Shown: in pieces, positions 8,649-16,776 of the stretch
Layout of the letters: each line of letters begins with the position of its first letter
How positions within the stretch are numbered: position 1 is the stretch's first letter
Source of the DNA: an uncultured Oscillospiraceae bacterium
Lineage (GTDB): Bacteria > Bacillota > Clostridia > Christensenellales > CAG-138
Assembly (NCBI GenBank): GCA_964489575.1
Contig: CAZAZI010000003.1
Span: 1-32,338 of the forward strand
Direction: 5' to 3'
Length of the DNA stretch: 32,338 nucleotides
Notes under the pieces: model-generated
Told to the model about the DNA's origin: nothing
Database searches by the model: none
The model's input: only the letters and a program-made list of their open reading frames with translations
Made by a program: the position numbers and the translations under genes

Positions 8649-8881
8649 TTGGAGGAGGATATCAGGAAAACGGCCTTCGTATTTGCTAAGCCGCCGCAAA
8701 GCGTTTCGGAGGAGAAGCTCTACAGGGCCACACTGGGGCCCCCGGGAAAACAGCTGCGCAGGATGTATGCATATTTCTCTTTAGAACGCAGCCGCACGGA
8801 GATTGCCCGGGCAGAGGCCGTGAGTTTCCGATTTCATAGAGCAGGGTGTTCGGGGCCTTAGACGCTATTTAAACGAATAAC
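8649..8881 (+). pseudogene. Sigma-70 region-4-like HTH fragment, frameshifted near its 3' end
   Basis: PPGKQLRRMYAYFSLERSRTEIARAEAVS fits the region 4.2 pattern (L-P-x-K-Q...EIA...VS). After the T-run 8826-8828 the sensible continuation SDFIEQGVRGLRRYLNE-stop (TAA 8879-8881) is in the next frame. Only a TTG start is available, directly after the stop of the upstream lipoprotein gene. Confidence 0.35.
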
Positions 8882-8891
8882 AGCCCCTCTG

Positions 8892-8923
8892 CGGGCGCCG
8901 GCAGTAGTGCGTCGGCGCCCGCT
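8892..8923. repeat. GC-rich perfect 10-bp inverted repeat without a U-tract
   Basis: GCGGGCGCCG (8892-8901), 12-nt spacer, CGGCGCCCGC (8914-8923). There is no T-run on either side. Confidence 0.6.
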
Positions 8924-9045
8924 GTCATGATATTGGTCTATGGCATTGCTTAGATTGAGCGCCTTATCCGAAATGCGGAAGGCGTCCCAAAGGAGCTGCG
9001 CGAATTCAAGGCCTGTTAAGTCCAGGGCCCTACGTTTCTTTTCGC

Positions 9046-9074
9046 TTGGATAGCGGCGCCTTTTGCGGTATAAT
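9046..9074 (+). promoter_or_regulatory. Sigma-70-type promoter for the HTH/kinase operon
   Basis: TTGGAT (9046-9051), 17 nt, TATAAT (9069-9074), about 43 nt upstream of ATG 9117. Confidence 0.5.
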
Positions 9075-9116
9075 GATGCAAAACAAGCACCAGCAATTTG
9101 CAAGGCGGGCCTACCA

Positions 9117-9575
9117 ATGGAAACAGATCTATCAAAACGCAAAGATAGTACAACCGCGCTTTTAGATGGCATCTTCAAAGCTTCCACGCTAAATAATTTC
9201 CTAAAAGAACACGGGGAGGCCTTGCAGCTCCCCACACTTCCCAAATATCTGGAGGCATTGTGCCGGGAAAAAGGAATGATGCGTGCAGAGGTCGTACGGC
9301 GGGCCGGCATTGATCGTTCCTTTGGCTTTCAGATATTCCAAGGAGCAAAAAATCCATCTCGCGACAAAGTGATCCAGCTGGCTATCGGGTTCGGACTTGG
9401 CTACGAGGAGGCGCAGGCTCTTTTTAAGATTGCCCAAAAGCCCGCCCTGTACCCCAAAATCAAGCGCGACGCTGCTATTATTTATTGTCTAAACAAGCAT
9501 TTGAGCTTTACGGACACACAGGCCGTTCTTTCCGGCTTGGGCGTGGCTGTTCTTGGGAAGGAGCGAGACTGCTGA
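9117..9575 (+). CDS. XRE-type helix-turn-helix protein (152 aa)
   Basis: ATG 9117 (METDLSK) lies inside the listed ORF 9063-9575. HTH plus helical module: MMRAEVVRRAGIDRSFGFQIFQGAKNPSRDKVIQLAIGFGLGYEEAQALFKIAQKPALYPKIKRD. Stop TGA 9573-9575 overlaps the kinase ATG by 1 nt. Confidence 0.75.
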   Translation: METDLSKRKDSTTALLDGIFKASTLNNFLKEHGEALQLPTLPKYLEALCREKGMMRAEVVRRAGIDRSFGFQIFQGAKNPSRDKVIQLAIGFGLGYEEAQALFKIAQKPALYPKIKRDAAIIYCLNKHLSFTDTQAVLSGLGVAVLGKERDC

Positions 9576-11860
9576 TGGAAGAACAGCGTATAGAATCCTA
9601 TATAAAAGAGTTTCTCAATGGTTTCGACGATAGCTTCTTCCCCGCATCCTTTTTAAATGATTATGAGGCGGAAGCGTGCCTTGGTCATAGCCCATGGAAC
9701 GAAACCTTGCTTGTGCGCAGCCGCGGCACCGGCGTGCAGGCTGTCGCCAAGTGCTACGACAGGCAGCTGATCGGCGGATACGGCGAGGGGGATTTGCTTC
9801 GCCGCCTGTTGCATCCGGCTCTCCCCGCGTTCATCGCGGAATATAAAAACGATCATATGCTCTGCGTTGTGCGGGAATACGTGCAAGGCGTTACGCTTGC
9901 GGATGCTGTGAACGCCAATCCGTTTACCAGGGAACAGGTGCTGGATACGGGGCTTCAACTATGCGATATCCTGCAATATCTCCACGCGCAAACGCAGCCG
10001 ATCATCCACCGGGATATCAAGCCGGAAAACATCATACTAAAAGAAGACGGCAGGATTGCGCTGATCGACTTTGGTATTTCCCGTGTTTTTGATAAAAGCG
10101 CCAAGAACGATACGCTAAAGTTCGGAACCGTCTCTTTTGCGCCGCCGGAGCAATACGGCTTTGCCCAAACCGATTGCCGTTCGGATATCTTCTCGCTCGG
10201 CATGGTGCTGGGCTTTCTGCTAACGCGGAACATGGAGCTTGACGCAATGCTTGGCGGCATTGATGAGCGCGCGCTTCGACGCATCGTTGGCAAATGCACC
10301 GCCTTTGCGCCAAAAGACCGTTATGCAAACGTGTCCGCCTTACAACGTTCCTTATCGGCGCAACTGCCGGCGCGCCGCAGGAAGCGCCGGGTCGCGGGCG
10401 GCATTCTCGGTGCGGCGTTGCTCTTAGGCATCGTATTTGCTTCCATTTCGATCATACGATCGGCCAACAAAAGCGAATTCGACGATGTAAACCATATCCC
10501 CGCCTATCTCATCACCGACGAGGCGATCGCAGCGCAGGCCGCAGGCTATCTGAATGAAAAATACGGCACCGCCCTGTTCTCAGGCAACGCGCAAGTGGCG
10601 GATATCGGCTATATCCGCAGCCTTCTCGTAGGCATCTACGGCTATGACGAAGCATATGCCAACGGCAAGCCGGCGGCCATGCCGCCCGTGGAGACGGAGG
10701 ATAGCTTTCTGCCGTGGAGCTTTGAAGATTCACAAACCATACCGCTGGATATGATGGTGTATTTTGCCGTCAAAATATACTGGCCCGAGGTGGTAGTGGA
10801 TTGGTCGGGCCTAAAGGACGATACGGGCGAATACCCCGGCATACGGGTGGCGAGGCCCTTTGCTGAAAAGAACGGCATTTATGATAACGTGAACCGGCCG
10901 GATCCTATCACCGTAGGCGATGCGGCCGTGATACTCTACAACGCCGACCGCGCTTATGGCGATGATCTTCCTCCGCGGCTTAAAAGCGTTTATCAACCCG
11001 CGGCAAAGCCGATTTCAGCCCTGGGCTTTACGGAGCCCCTCATAGAACAGGCGGTGCGGGCCGTTCTTGGCAAATCCAAAACCGACCCGGTTTCAGCACA
11101 AGAGCTATCCTTCGTGGAGGGCCTGTATGTTTTCGGGAATACCGTGTCCAACAATCAGGATAGCTTCTACGCCTCCGCAAACGAGTGGTATTCATCGGGC
11201 GGTCGGTCCAAGGGCAGCATCGCCTCTTTGGAGGATGTAAACCTGCTGCCCAATCTGCGCATTCTGTGCCTGGCCGCGCAGCAGCTTACCGACATTTCGC
11301 CTCTAGTATCGCTGCCGCTTCTGGAAAAGGTGGAGTTCAAGCACAACCGAATTACCGATATATCAGTACTCGCCTCTCTACCCGGCCTTACCGCCGTGGG
11401 TCTGAATGGCAACCCGGTTTTAAATATGGCTCCGCTTGGCGAATGCGCCAATCTCCGCTTCCTGGACCTGTGCGACGTGAAGGGTTATGACCCGGCTTTC
11501 TTACGCGAGTTGGGCGATTTTGAATTTCTGGATATTGCCAACGATACAGATAGCTTTGCGAACCTCGGAACCCGCCGCGTGCGGGAGCTGAAACTCGGCT
11601 ACTCCGAATTGGACTCCCTAAGCTCCTTCTCCGGCGTTGCGGGCCTTACATCCCTAGAGGTCAAATACAGCAAGCTGGCCAGCCTAAGCGGCATTGAGGC
11701 GCATCGGGAGCTGACCTATCTGAATATCGCCGGGTGCCCTATAGAAGACCTTTCCCCGGCGCTGCTTTTGCCCGATCTTAAAACGCTGGTGATCAGCGAG
11801 GATATGCGCCCAGCGCTGGCGGCCTTAGGCGCTGCCGCTTTTGAAGTGACTTTCGAGTAA
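9575..11860 (+). CDS. Hanks-type Ser/Thr protein kinase, single TM, extracellular domain ending in leucine-rich repeats (761 aa)
   Basis: GGAAGGAG 9556-9563, ATG 9575. Kinase motifs: AVAK, IIHRDIKPENIIL, DFGISR, SFAPPE. TM helix VAGGILGAALLLGIVFASISII (10391-10456). C-terminal ~22-residue internalin-like LRRs at about 11214-11800 (LPNLRILCLAAQQLTDISPLVSLPLLEKVEFKHNRITDISVLASLPGLTAVGLNGNPV...). Confidence 0.85.
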   Translation: MEEQRIESYIKEFLNGFDDSFFPASFLNDYEAEACLGHSPWNETLLVRSRGTGVQAVAKCYDRQLIGGYGEGDLLRRLLHPALPAFIAEYKNDHMLCVVREYVQGVTLADAVNANPFTREQVLDTGLQLCDILQYLHAQTQPIIHRDIKPENIILKEDGRIALIDFGISRVFDKSAKNDTLKFGTVSFAPPEQYGFAQTDCRSDIFSLGMVLGFLLTRNMELDAMLGGIDERALRRIVGKCTAFAPKDRYANVSALQRSLSAQLPARRRKRRVAGGILGAALLLGIVFASISIIRSANKSEFDDVNHIPAYLITDEAIAAQAAGYLNEKYGTALFSGNAQVADIGYIRSLLVGIYGYDEAYANGKPAAMPPVETEDSFLPWSFEDSQTIPLDMMVYFAVKIYWPEVVVDWSGLKDDTGEYPGIRVARPFAEKNGIYDNVNRPDPITVGDAAVILYNADRAYGDDLPPRLKSVYQPAAKPISALGFTEPLIEQAVRAVLGKSKTDPVSAQELSFVEGLYVFGNTVSNNQDSFYASANEWYSSGGRSKGSIASLEDVNLLPNLRILCLAAQQLTDISPLVSLPLLEKVEFKHNRITDISVLASLPGLTAVGLNGNPVLNMAPLGECANLRFLDLCDVKGYDPAFLRELGDFEFLDIANDTDSFANLGTRRVRELKLGYSELDSLSSFSGVAGLTSLEVKYSKLASLSGIEAHRELTYLNIAGCPIEDLSPALLLPDLKTLVISEDMRPALAALGAAAFEVTFE

Positions 11861-12074
11861 CCGTTTTCCCGCCAAGTATAATCATTTCACAAAAAGCCCC
11901 TTGAGTCTGCCGCTAGCAAACCAAATGGGCGTTTTGTTTTGCTACAATTTAATATGTAAAAAATATATCCTGAAATCCAATCCGAACGGCCGGCGTTTCT
12001 TCTGCAACTTTACGCAAAAAGGCGTCCTGCCATATCTGATAGGATAGGGCCATCAAAGCAAGGAAGGCATTCAA

Positions 12075-12209
12075 GTGAAACGCTCTCTTTCGCTGATAAT
12101 TGCCGCCGTATTGATGGTGGCCATGGCGGCGCGCGCAACCCCGGCTTCCGTATCAGAAAGCACACCCGCACCCATCGTGGCTTTGCAGGGGAGCTTGCGG
12201 GTATGCTAA
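12075..12209 (+). CDS. Candidate small secreted peptide ORF (44 aa), hypothetical
   Basis: AAGGAAGG (12059-12066) lies 8 nt before GTG 12075. VKRSLSLIIAAVLMVAMAARA|TPASVSESTPAPIVALQGSLRVC has a basic N-terminus, hydrophobic core, AxA-like site and 23-residue tail. It is below the ORF-track size cutoff and sits 55 nt upstream of the next HTH gene. Confidence 0.25.
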   Translation: MKRSLSLIIAAVLMVAMAARATPASVSESTPAPIVALQGSLRVC

Positions 12210-12263
12210 TGCGTTAAAAAACGGATTGCAGCAACATGAACGAGCCGATGACCCTGTGGAAGG

Positions 12264-13461
12264 ATGATGGCTATGACAATGGAAGCCAAGACGCTGCTAA
12301 ACGAAAATATCGAACTGTTCCGTGAGGCGCTGCGGGGCTTTGAGGCGTACAGCTTTTGTGCGGATGTGCGAAGCCGCATGGACGCGCGAGGCCTCTCCGC
12401 CTCCGCGCTGGGGGAGCGAATGCTGGTTAGCCATACCATCGTGGATAAGTGGCGGCAGGGCAAGGCCAGGCCCAACGGCAAGGAGCGCATGAAGGAGCTG
12501 GGCATGGCGCTTAGCATGGACGCGGAGGAGTTGGACGCGTTCCTCTACCGCAACGGCTACCCTAAGCTGTACGCGAAAAACCCGCTGGACAGCGCCGCCA
12601 AGCTGTTGCTGTTCAATAGCGCCGGCCGGGCGGATGTGGTGGATATGTACAGGGAACTGATCGGCCGGCTGGGCCTTGCAAATTATGCCCCGTCCGAGGA
12701 GGCGCTGCCGCTTAAAACCAGCGTTTTGAACGCGGAGCTCATGGAGGCGGCCCGGCAAGGGCAGATCAGCGACTGGTTCCGCGCGTGCGAAAAGAATTTT
12801 ACCGGGGGCGCAAAGACCCTTTTGCCGGATATGCGCATCATTCGCTATCTGCTTCTGTACCTGGGGGAATCCACCATCCACGAAATGGCGGCCACTGGCG
12901 AGCTGCCGGGTAACGCTCAAAAACCTCTTATATCCCCTTGTGGGCGGCAAGGCGGTGCATGTACGCGGGCTTCGCGAGAAGCTAATCGCATTCGGCCTGT
13001 ATGCCAACATGACGGAGGATGAGCTCGATGTGTTGTTGGTATACGCTAAGCTGCGCCCTGTTTCCAACCCAATCTCCCGCGCCGACCTGGCCGTACTCTC
13101 GGTGCTGCGCGAAGCCCATGAGCGCTATCCATTCTATGAGCATGAGAACCTAGACCGTATCGTAAGGCAGCTATCCGCATCCAAGGAATTATATGATATG
13201 ACCCTGCTGCCGGAATATGAGGCGCGGCTCCATAGCGCCGGGCAACGGGCCGCTTATTATGAAAAAGCCGTGCGTACAGAGGATGAGCGGCTATTTGAAG
13301 CGCGTTATACTTCTTATTCCGACAGGGGCGTCATGGATTACGTGCGGGATGTGCTCGCGCTCCTGTGCGCGGAAGAACTGCTGGCCGAAGCCGAGGCAAT
13401 GCCCCTCCTTGCGTTGATACAGCGCACGGAGGCGGGTATGTCCATATGGAGTATGAAGTGA
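12264..13461 (+). pseudogene. Larger XRE-type HTH protein (~398 aa if repaired), interrupted by a 1-nt frameshift
   Basis: ORF 12264-13022 carries LSASALGERMLVSHTIVDKWRQGKARPNGKERMKELGMALSMDAEELDAFLYRNGYPKLYAKNP, then turns into low-complexity text after MAATGELPG. The frame of ORF 12940-13461 is open back past 12841 and reads VTLKNLLYPLVGGKAVHVRGLREKLIAFGLYANMTEDELDVLLVYAKLRPVSNP, a second copy of the same module. The junction is at G-run 12908-12910. Confidence 0.6.
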
Positions 13462-13637
13462 TGCGAAAAGGAGAACGCGTATGGAACTGACCGCGGCAAT
13501 ACTCGCCAAAGCCGTAATGCGCCGCACGCGCTGCCGGCGGGCGCGTAAAACTCCGTCGCCGGGGGCCGGGATCGTGTGAAGAGCCTTAAACGCCCCACGC
13601 CAAGCGGATGATCAAATAATATTTTGGAGGAAAGAAA

Positions 13638-14648
13638 ATGAAACGGTTTTTAGCGGTACTATTACTCGCTCTGCTGCTTGCTTCATTGACGGCGTGTTCC
13701 GGGCAACCCACCCAGCAGGCCGGCGATTCGGCTGCGCCCCAGCAAGAAACCTTCAGCACCGAAGCCGCCTTACCCGCCGGCAAGGACTTTAAGCTGGGTG
13801 ACGAGACCTATTCCCTTGAAAAATGGGTAGCCCTGCCCGAATATGATACGGATACGCAAACCGGCGTCGGCCTTTGCTTTGTGCAAAGGGAAGGCGTCGC
13901 ACCCATTCTCATATCCGGGGGCAGCTATAAAAGCCTCATCGATATGACGTTGGATATGGGTGGTACGCCGCTTTCCACAAGCAACATTAGCTTCATCAAG
14001 GCTGAGGACGCGCCGGGCTATGCGGCGCGTGTAACATTTGAATTCGCGATCCCCAAAGGCGCTGCGCTGCCTACCGGCGGCACGATCTTTCATACCGGCG
14101 AAAATGTGGAAATTTCAATCGGCCTTTCCACGCTGGAGGCGTTGCCGATAGAAGCCGCCCCGGCAGCGGAAACGGCCCCTGACGCGGCGCCCGCCTCCGA
14201 TGATTTCGGCAAAGAAGCGTTTTTCGGCGAATGGCTGCTTACATCCATCATCTTCCGCACGCCGGACGCGGATAATGGAATCTACGCGATTGACGCCACC
14301 ATGAACATATCCGAGGGCTTTGAATATGGGCGGGATTTGGTGCTGCGAAAGGATATGAAGATGGTCTCGTTCGTCGATTTGAGCGCGCTCATCGACGCGG
14401 TGCCAGAACTGCCCTTTGCGATAAACGACCTTGACCTGAAAGATTACGCAGGATGGACGTATGCAAACGGGACGATAACCCTCACCTATGGCGGTCCCGC
14501 GTTTGAGGCGGTTTATGATGAAGCGTCCAAAGAGCTGCGCTTGACGTGCAGCGGCGAAGTGGCGATCCTCCCCGGCGCCGCAAATGGCATAGCAACGCAA
14601 ACAGGCGCCGTGCTGATCGATATTACGATGGTGTTCAAGGCCAAATAG
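13638..14648 (+). CDS. Putative lipoprotein, unknown function
   Basis: GGAGG 13626-13630, ATG 13638. Signal peptide with lipobox: MKRFLAVLLLALLLASLTAC|SGQ. The C-terminal half has a G-x-W module (FFGEWLLTSIIF...GWTYANGTITLTY). Confidence 0.75.
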   Translation: MKRFLAVLLLALLLASLTACSGQPTQQAGDSAAPQQETFSTEAALPAGKDFKLGDETYSLEKWVALPEYDTDTQTGVGLCFVQREGVAPILISGGSYKSLIDMTLDMGGTPLSTSNISFIKAEDAPGYAARVTFEFAIPKGAALPTGGTIFHTGENVEISIGLSTLEALPIEAAPAAETAPDAAPASDDFGKEAFFGEWLLTSIIFRTPDADNGIYAIDATMNISEGFEYGRDLVLRKDMKMVSFVDLSALIDAVPELPFAINDLDLKDYAGWTYANGTITLTYGGPAFEAVYDEASKELRLTCSGEVAILPGAANGIATQTGAVLIDITMVFKAK

Positions 14649-14835
14649 GAGGGATTCGGCGTGGGGATCTTGGAATTTCTAAATAAAAAGGCTCCATCGC
14701 AAAAGCCGCCGGGCAACTATAGCCGCTTAATTGCCACGCAAGTAAGCGTGCCACGCGGACGCCGGCCGCGTGCCCATTCCCTGTTTTCATTGCGATTTGA
14801 GCCGCCTACGGCCGGCGGCGAAATGGAGGGCTGGT

Positions 14836-15180
14836 ATGGCGGGTAAGATCATTTTCGAGGTCACGCGCGGCACGCTGGCTGGGCAAACGTTTGAATATGG
14901 CGAAAAAACCCGCGTCTTCATTGGCCGGCAGGAGGATTGCGGCATCGTGGTGTCCGAAAACGCCGTATCCCGCTACCACTGCGTACTGGAAATCACGCCG
15001 CCCGAAGTCAAATTACAGGATTTCGGCAGCCTAAACGGCACCTTCCTCAACGGTGAAAAAATTGGCCAGCGGGATCGGGCGCAATCCTGGGAGGAAGCGA
15101 AGGGTGAGGCACGCGAAGAATTTATCCTGCGCAGCGGCGACGTACTGGGCCTTGGTGCAAATGCGAGCTCCGTTGCGTGA
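14836..15180 (+). CDS. FHA-domain ORF (114 aa), probably the detached N-terminus of the following kinase gene
   Basis: GGAGGG 14825-14830, ATG 14836. FHA signatures: RVFIGRQEDCGIVV, VSRYHCVLE, LQDFGSLNGTFLNGEKI, LRSGDVLGLG. The last beta-strand is missing in this frame. Confidence 0.8.
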   Translation: MAGKIIFEVTRGTLAGQTFEYGEKTRVFIGRQEDCGIVVSENAVSRYHCVLEITPPEVKLQDFGSLNGTFLNGEKIGQRDRAQSWEEAKGEAREEFILRSGDVLGLGANASSVA

Positions 15181-16487
15181 TCGAGGGCATAGGGGCCTGC
15201 GCCGCTTGCGGCGCGGCGCTAGCCGCGGGCATATCCGGAAGCGCAACCGTGCCCGAGGGCGAAGATCGCGCGCCTATGCACTACAATACCGACGGAAAGC
15301 ACATCTGCGAGGATTGCTGGCTGATCGCTGAGAAAGAGCGGCTGGAAAAGCGTATCCAAGAGAAAAATGAAAAAGAAGCGGCCGAACGAAAAGCCGCCGA
15401 AGAGGCCCGTATCGCCGCCATAGAAGCGGAGCGCAAGCGCAAGGAAGCCGAGCGCAAGCAAAAAGAAGCGCGGGAGAAAAAGCGCGGGGAGGACGCGGCG
15501 GCGGTGAAAGCCGAGGCCGCGCAAATCGCAAAGGAGAAGGCTGAAAAAGAACGCAAAGAAAAGCAAGCGCAGGCCGCCGCCCAAAAAGCCGAAGCCGAAC
15601 GCAGAGAAGCCGAGCGATTAGCCCGCGAGCTTGCCGCCAAGCTAAAGGCGCAGCAGAAAAGGTGCGACGGCTGCGGAAAGCTGTTTGCCCCCAAGGCGCC
15701 GGATAACAACCTTTGCATAGAATGCCTTGCCGACCGCGCCAAGGTGCTTGACGGCATCCTCAAGGCCATGCTGGGCGGCGCGCAGGCGGCAAAGCCCGCG
15801 GAGAAGCCTATCGGCCCTTCGCCCGTGAAGGGCTATCAGAAGGTAAAATTGCTCGGCAAGGGTGGCATGGGCGAGGTTTGGAAGGTGCGCGATGCGGATA
15901 CCGGCCAGTATTACGCGTTAAAGACCATGCTGCCCGCTGTCAAGGCGGATGAAACCGCGGTCAAGCTTTTTTTGCGCGAGGCGAGCGTCGCGCAGGCGCT
16001 CAGGCATAAAAACGTGGTTTCCACCTACCAATCCGGCAGCGCCAACGGCGTGTTCTATATTCTGATGGATCTATGCGAAGGCGGCAGCGTGGACGGACTT
16101 ATGGAGAAAAAGGGCGGCAGGCTTTCCCTGGAGCAAGCCGCTTGGATTACCCTGCAAATCCTTTTAGGCCTTGATTATGTGCATAACGTGGACCTTACGG
16201 CGGATATCAAGAAGGGAATATTTAGGGGAACGATGAACGCACATGGGGTGGTGCATCGTGATTTCAAGCCGGGAAATATCTTCCTTTCAGATCATTCAGA
16301 CACGGCCGTGGCCATGGTGGCGGATTTTGGCATGACAAAAGCCTTTGACGCGGCGGGGCTTTCAAAAATCACCAAAACCGGCACGGTCATGGGAACGCCG
16401 GTGTTCATGCCGCGCCAGCAGGCCGTCGATTTCAAGTACGCCAAACCAAGGGACAGAAGGGATTTGCTATCGTCAACATCATCGTAG
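15177..16487 (+). CDS. Zinc-ribbon / K-E-A-rich coiled coil / zinc-ribbon / Ser/Thr kinase ORF, kinase domain 3'-truncated
   Basis: The frame is open from 15108. CAACG...HICEDCW and CDGCG...LCIECL are CxxC pairs flanking about 110 aa of EAERKRKEAERKQKEA-type sequence. Kinase motifs: LGKGGMGEVWKV, YALK, VVHRDFKPGNIFL, ADFGMTK, GTPVFMPRQQ. The ORF stops soon after subdomain VIII, and no subdomain IX-XI equivalents follow. Confidence 0.7.
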   Translation: MIEGIGACAACGAALAAGISGSATVPEGEDRAPMHYNTDGKHICEDCWLIAEKERLEKRIQEKNEKEAAERKAAEEARIAAIEAERKRKEAERKQKEAREKKRGEDAAAVKAEAAQIAKEKAEKERKEKQAQAAAQKAEAERREAERLARELAAKLKAQQKRCDGCGKLFAPKAPDNNLCIECLADRAKVLDGILKAMLGGAQAAKPAEKPIGPSPVKGYQKVKLLGKGGMGEVWKVRDADTGQYYALKTMLPAVKADETAVKLFLREASVAQALRHKNVVSTYQSGSANGVFYILMDLCEGGSVDGLMEKKGGRLSLEQAAWITLQILLGLDYVHNVDLTADIKKGIFRGTMNAHGVVHRDFKPGNIFLSDHSDTAVAMVADFGMTKAFDAAGLSKITKTGTVMGTPVFMPRQQAVDFKYAKPRDRRDLLSSTSS

Positions 16488-16489
16488 GT

Positions 16490-16744
16490 GTGATCCTGGT
16501 CATGGCGGGCTTTGCCATGTTTGGCGACCCCAGTGTGGGCCCCGGCGGCATCATCAGCCTCGCCCTGGGCGGCGCGTTCTGGGGTGTGGGCGCATGGGCG
16601 CTTTCTACGCTTAAAAAGCACATGGATGATGAGATGCGCGTAAAAAAGGTCTGTAGCTGGAACCGCATCTGCTTTATCCTCTCGGCGCTCGTGCTGGCCG
16701 TTTGTACCGTGCTGCCCATTCTTGGTACGATGGGCTTGCTATAG
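16490..16744 (+). CDS. Small three-helix membrane protein ORF with no start codon for its first helix
   Basis: Hydrophobic helices: ILVMAGFAMFG, IISLALGGAFWGVGAWAL, ICFILSALVLAVCTVLPILG. The same frame is open back to 16349 and reads KGQKGFAIVNIIVG immediately before the first available start (GTG 16490). Confidence 0.45.
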   Translation: MILVMAGFAMFGDPSVGPGGIISLALGGAFWGVGAWALSTLKKHMDDEMRVKKVCSWNRICFILSALVLAVCTVLPILGTMGLL

Positions 16745-16776
16745 GATTCGTTTACTGCTGAAAGGGGGCTCGGGGT

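Noticed and set aside
8858-9310. 150-aa minus-strand ORF between the sigma-like fragment and the HTH gene
   Set aside because: Its 5' half overlaps the HTH gene and its promoter on the opposite strand. There is no internal Met and no recognisable motif. The C-terminal part (LDLTGLEFAQLLWDAFRISDKAL) could be a remnant of something, but I cannot support a call.
9117-12209. HipBA-like toxin-antitoxin, or a class III/IV lanthipeptide (kinase-containing synthetase plus precursor), as the interpretation of HTH + kinase + small ORF
   Set aside because: The kinase is a canonical membrane Hanks kinase with an ectodomain, not a HipA fold. It has no lyase or cyclase domains. The small ORF begins with a hydrophobic signal peptide rather than a lanthipeptide leader.
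12297-13067. 256-aa minus-strand ORF overlapping the XRE-HTH gene
   Set aside because: It has the Arg/Ala/Gly/Leu-rich composition typical of antisense frames in GC-rich DNA. The plus strand carries clear HTH modules.
13481-13579. 32-codon ORF with AAAGGAGAA RBS after the HTH pseudogene
   Set aside because: It is a very short, Arg-rich, low-information sequence (MELTAAILAKAVMRRTRCRRARKTPSPGAGIV). The RBS-like string alone is not enough.
14661-14846. 61-aa GTG ORF upstream of the FHA gene
   Set aside because: Only the first ~10 residues look protein-like; the rest is Arg/Pro-rich. It overlaps the FHA start and its RBS.
15219-15769. Three minus-strand ORFs (121, 85 and 162 aa) antisense to the kinase gene
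   Set aside because: They lie opposite the low-complexity K/E/A-rich coiled-coil segment. Stop-poor antisense frames are expected there, and the sequences are Ser/Ala/Phe/Arg repeats with no motifs.
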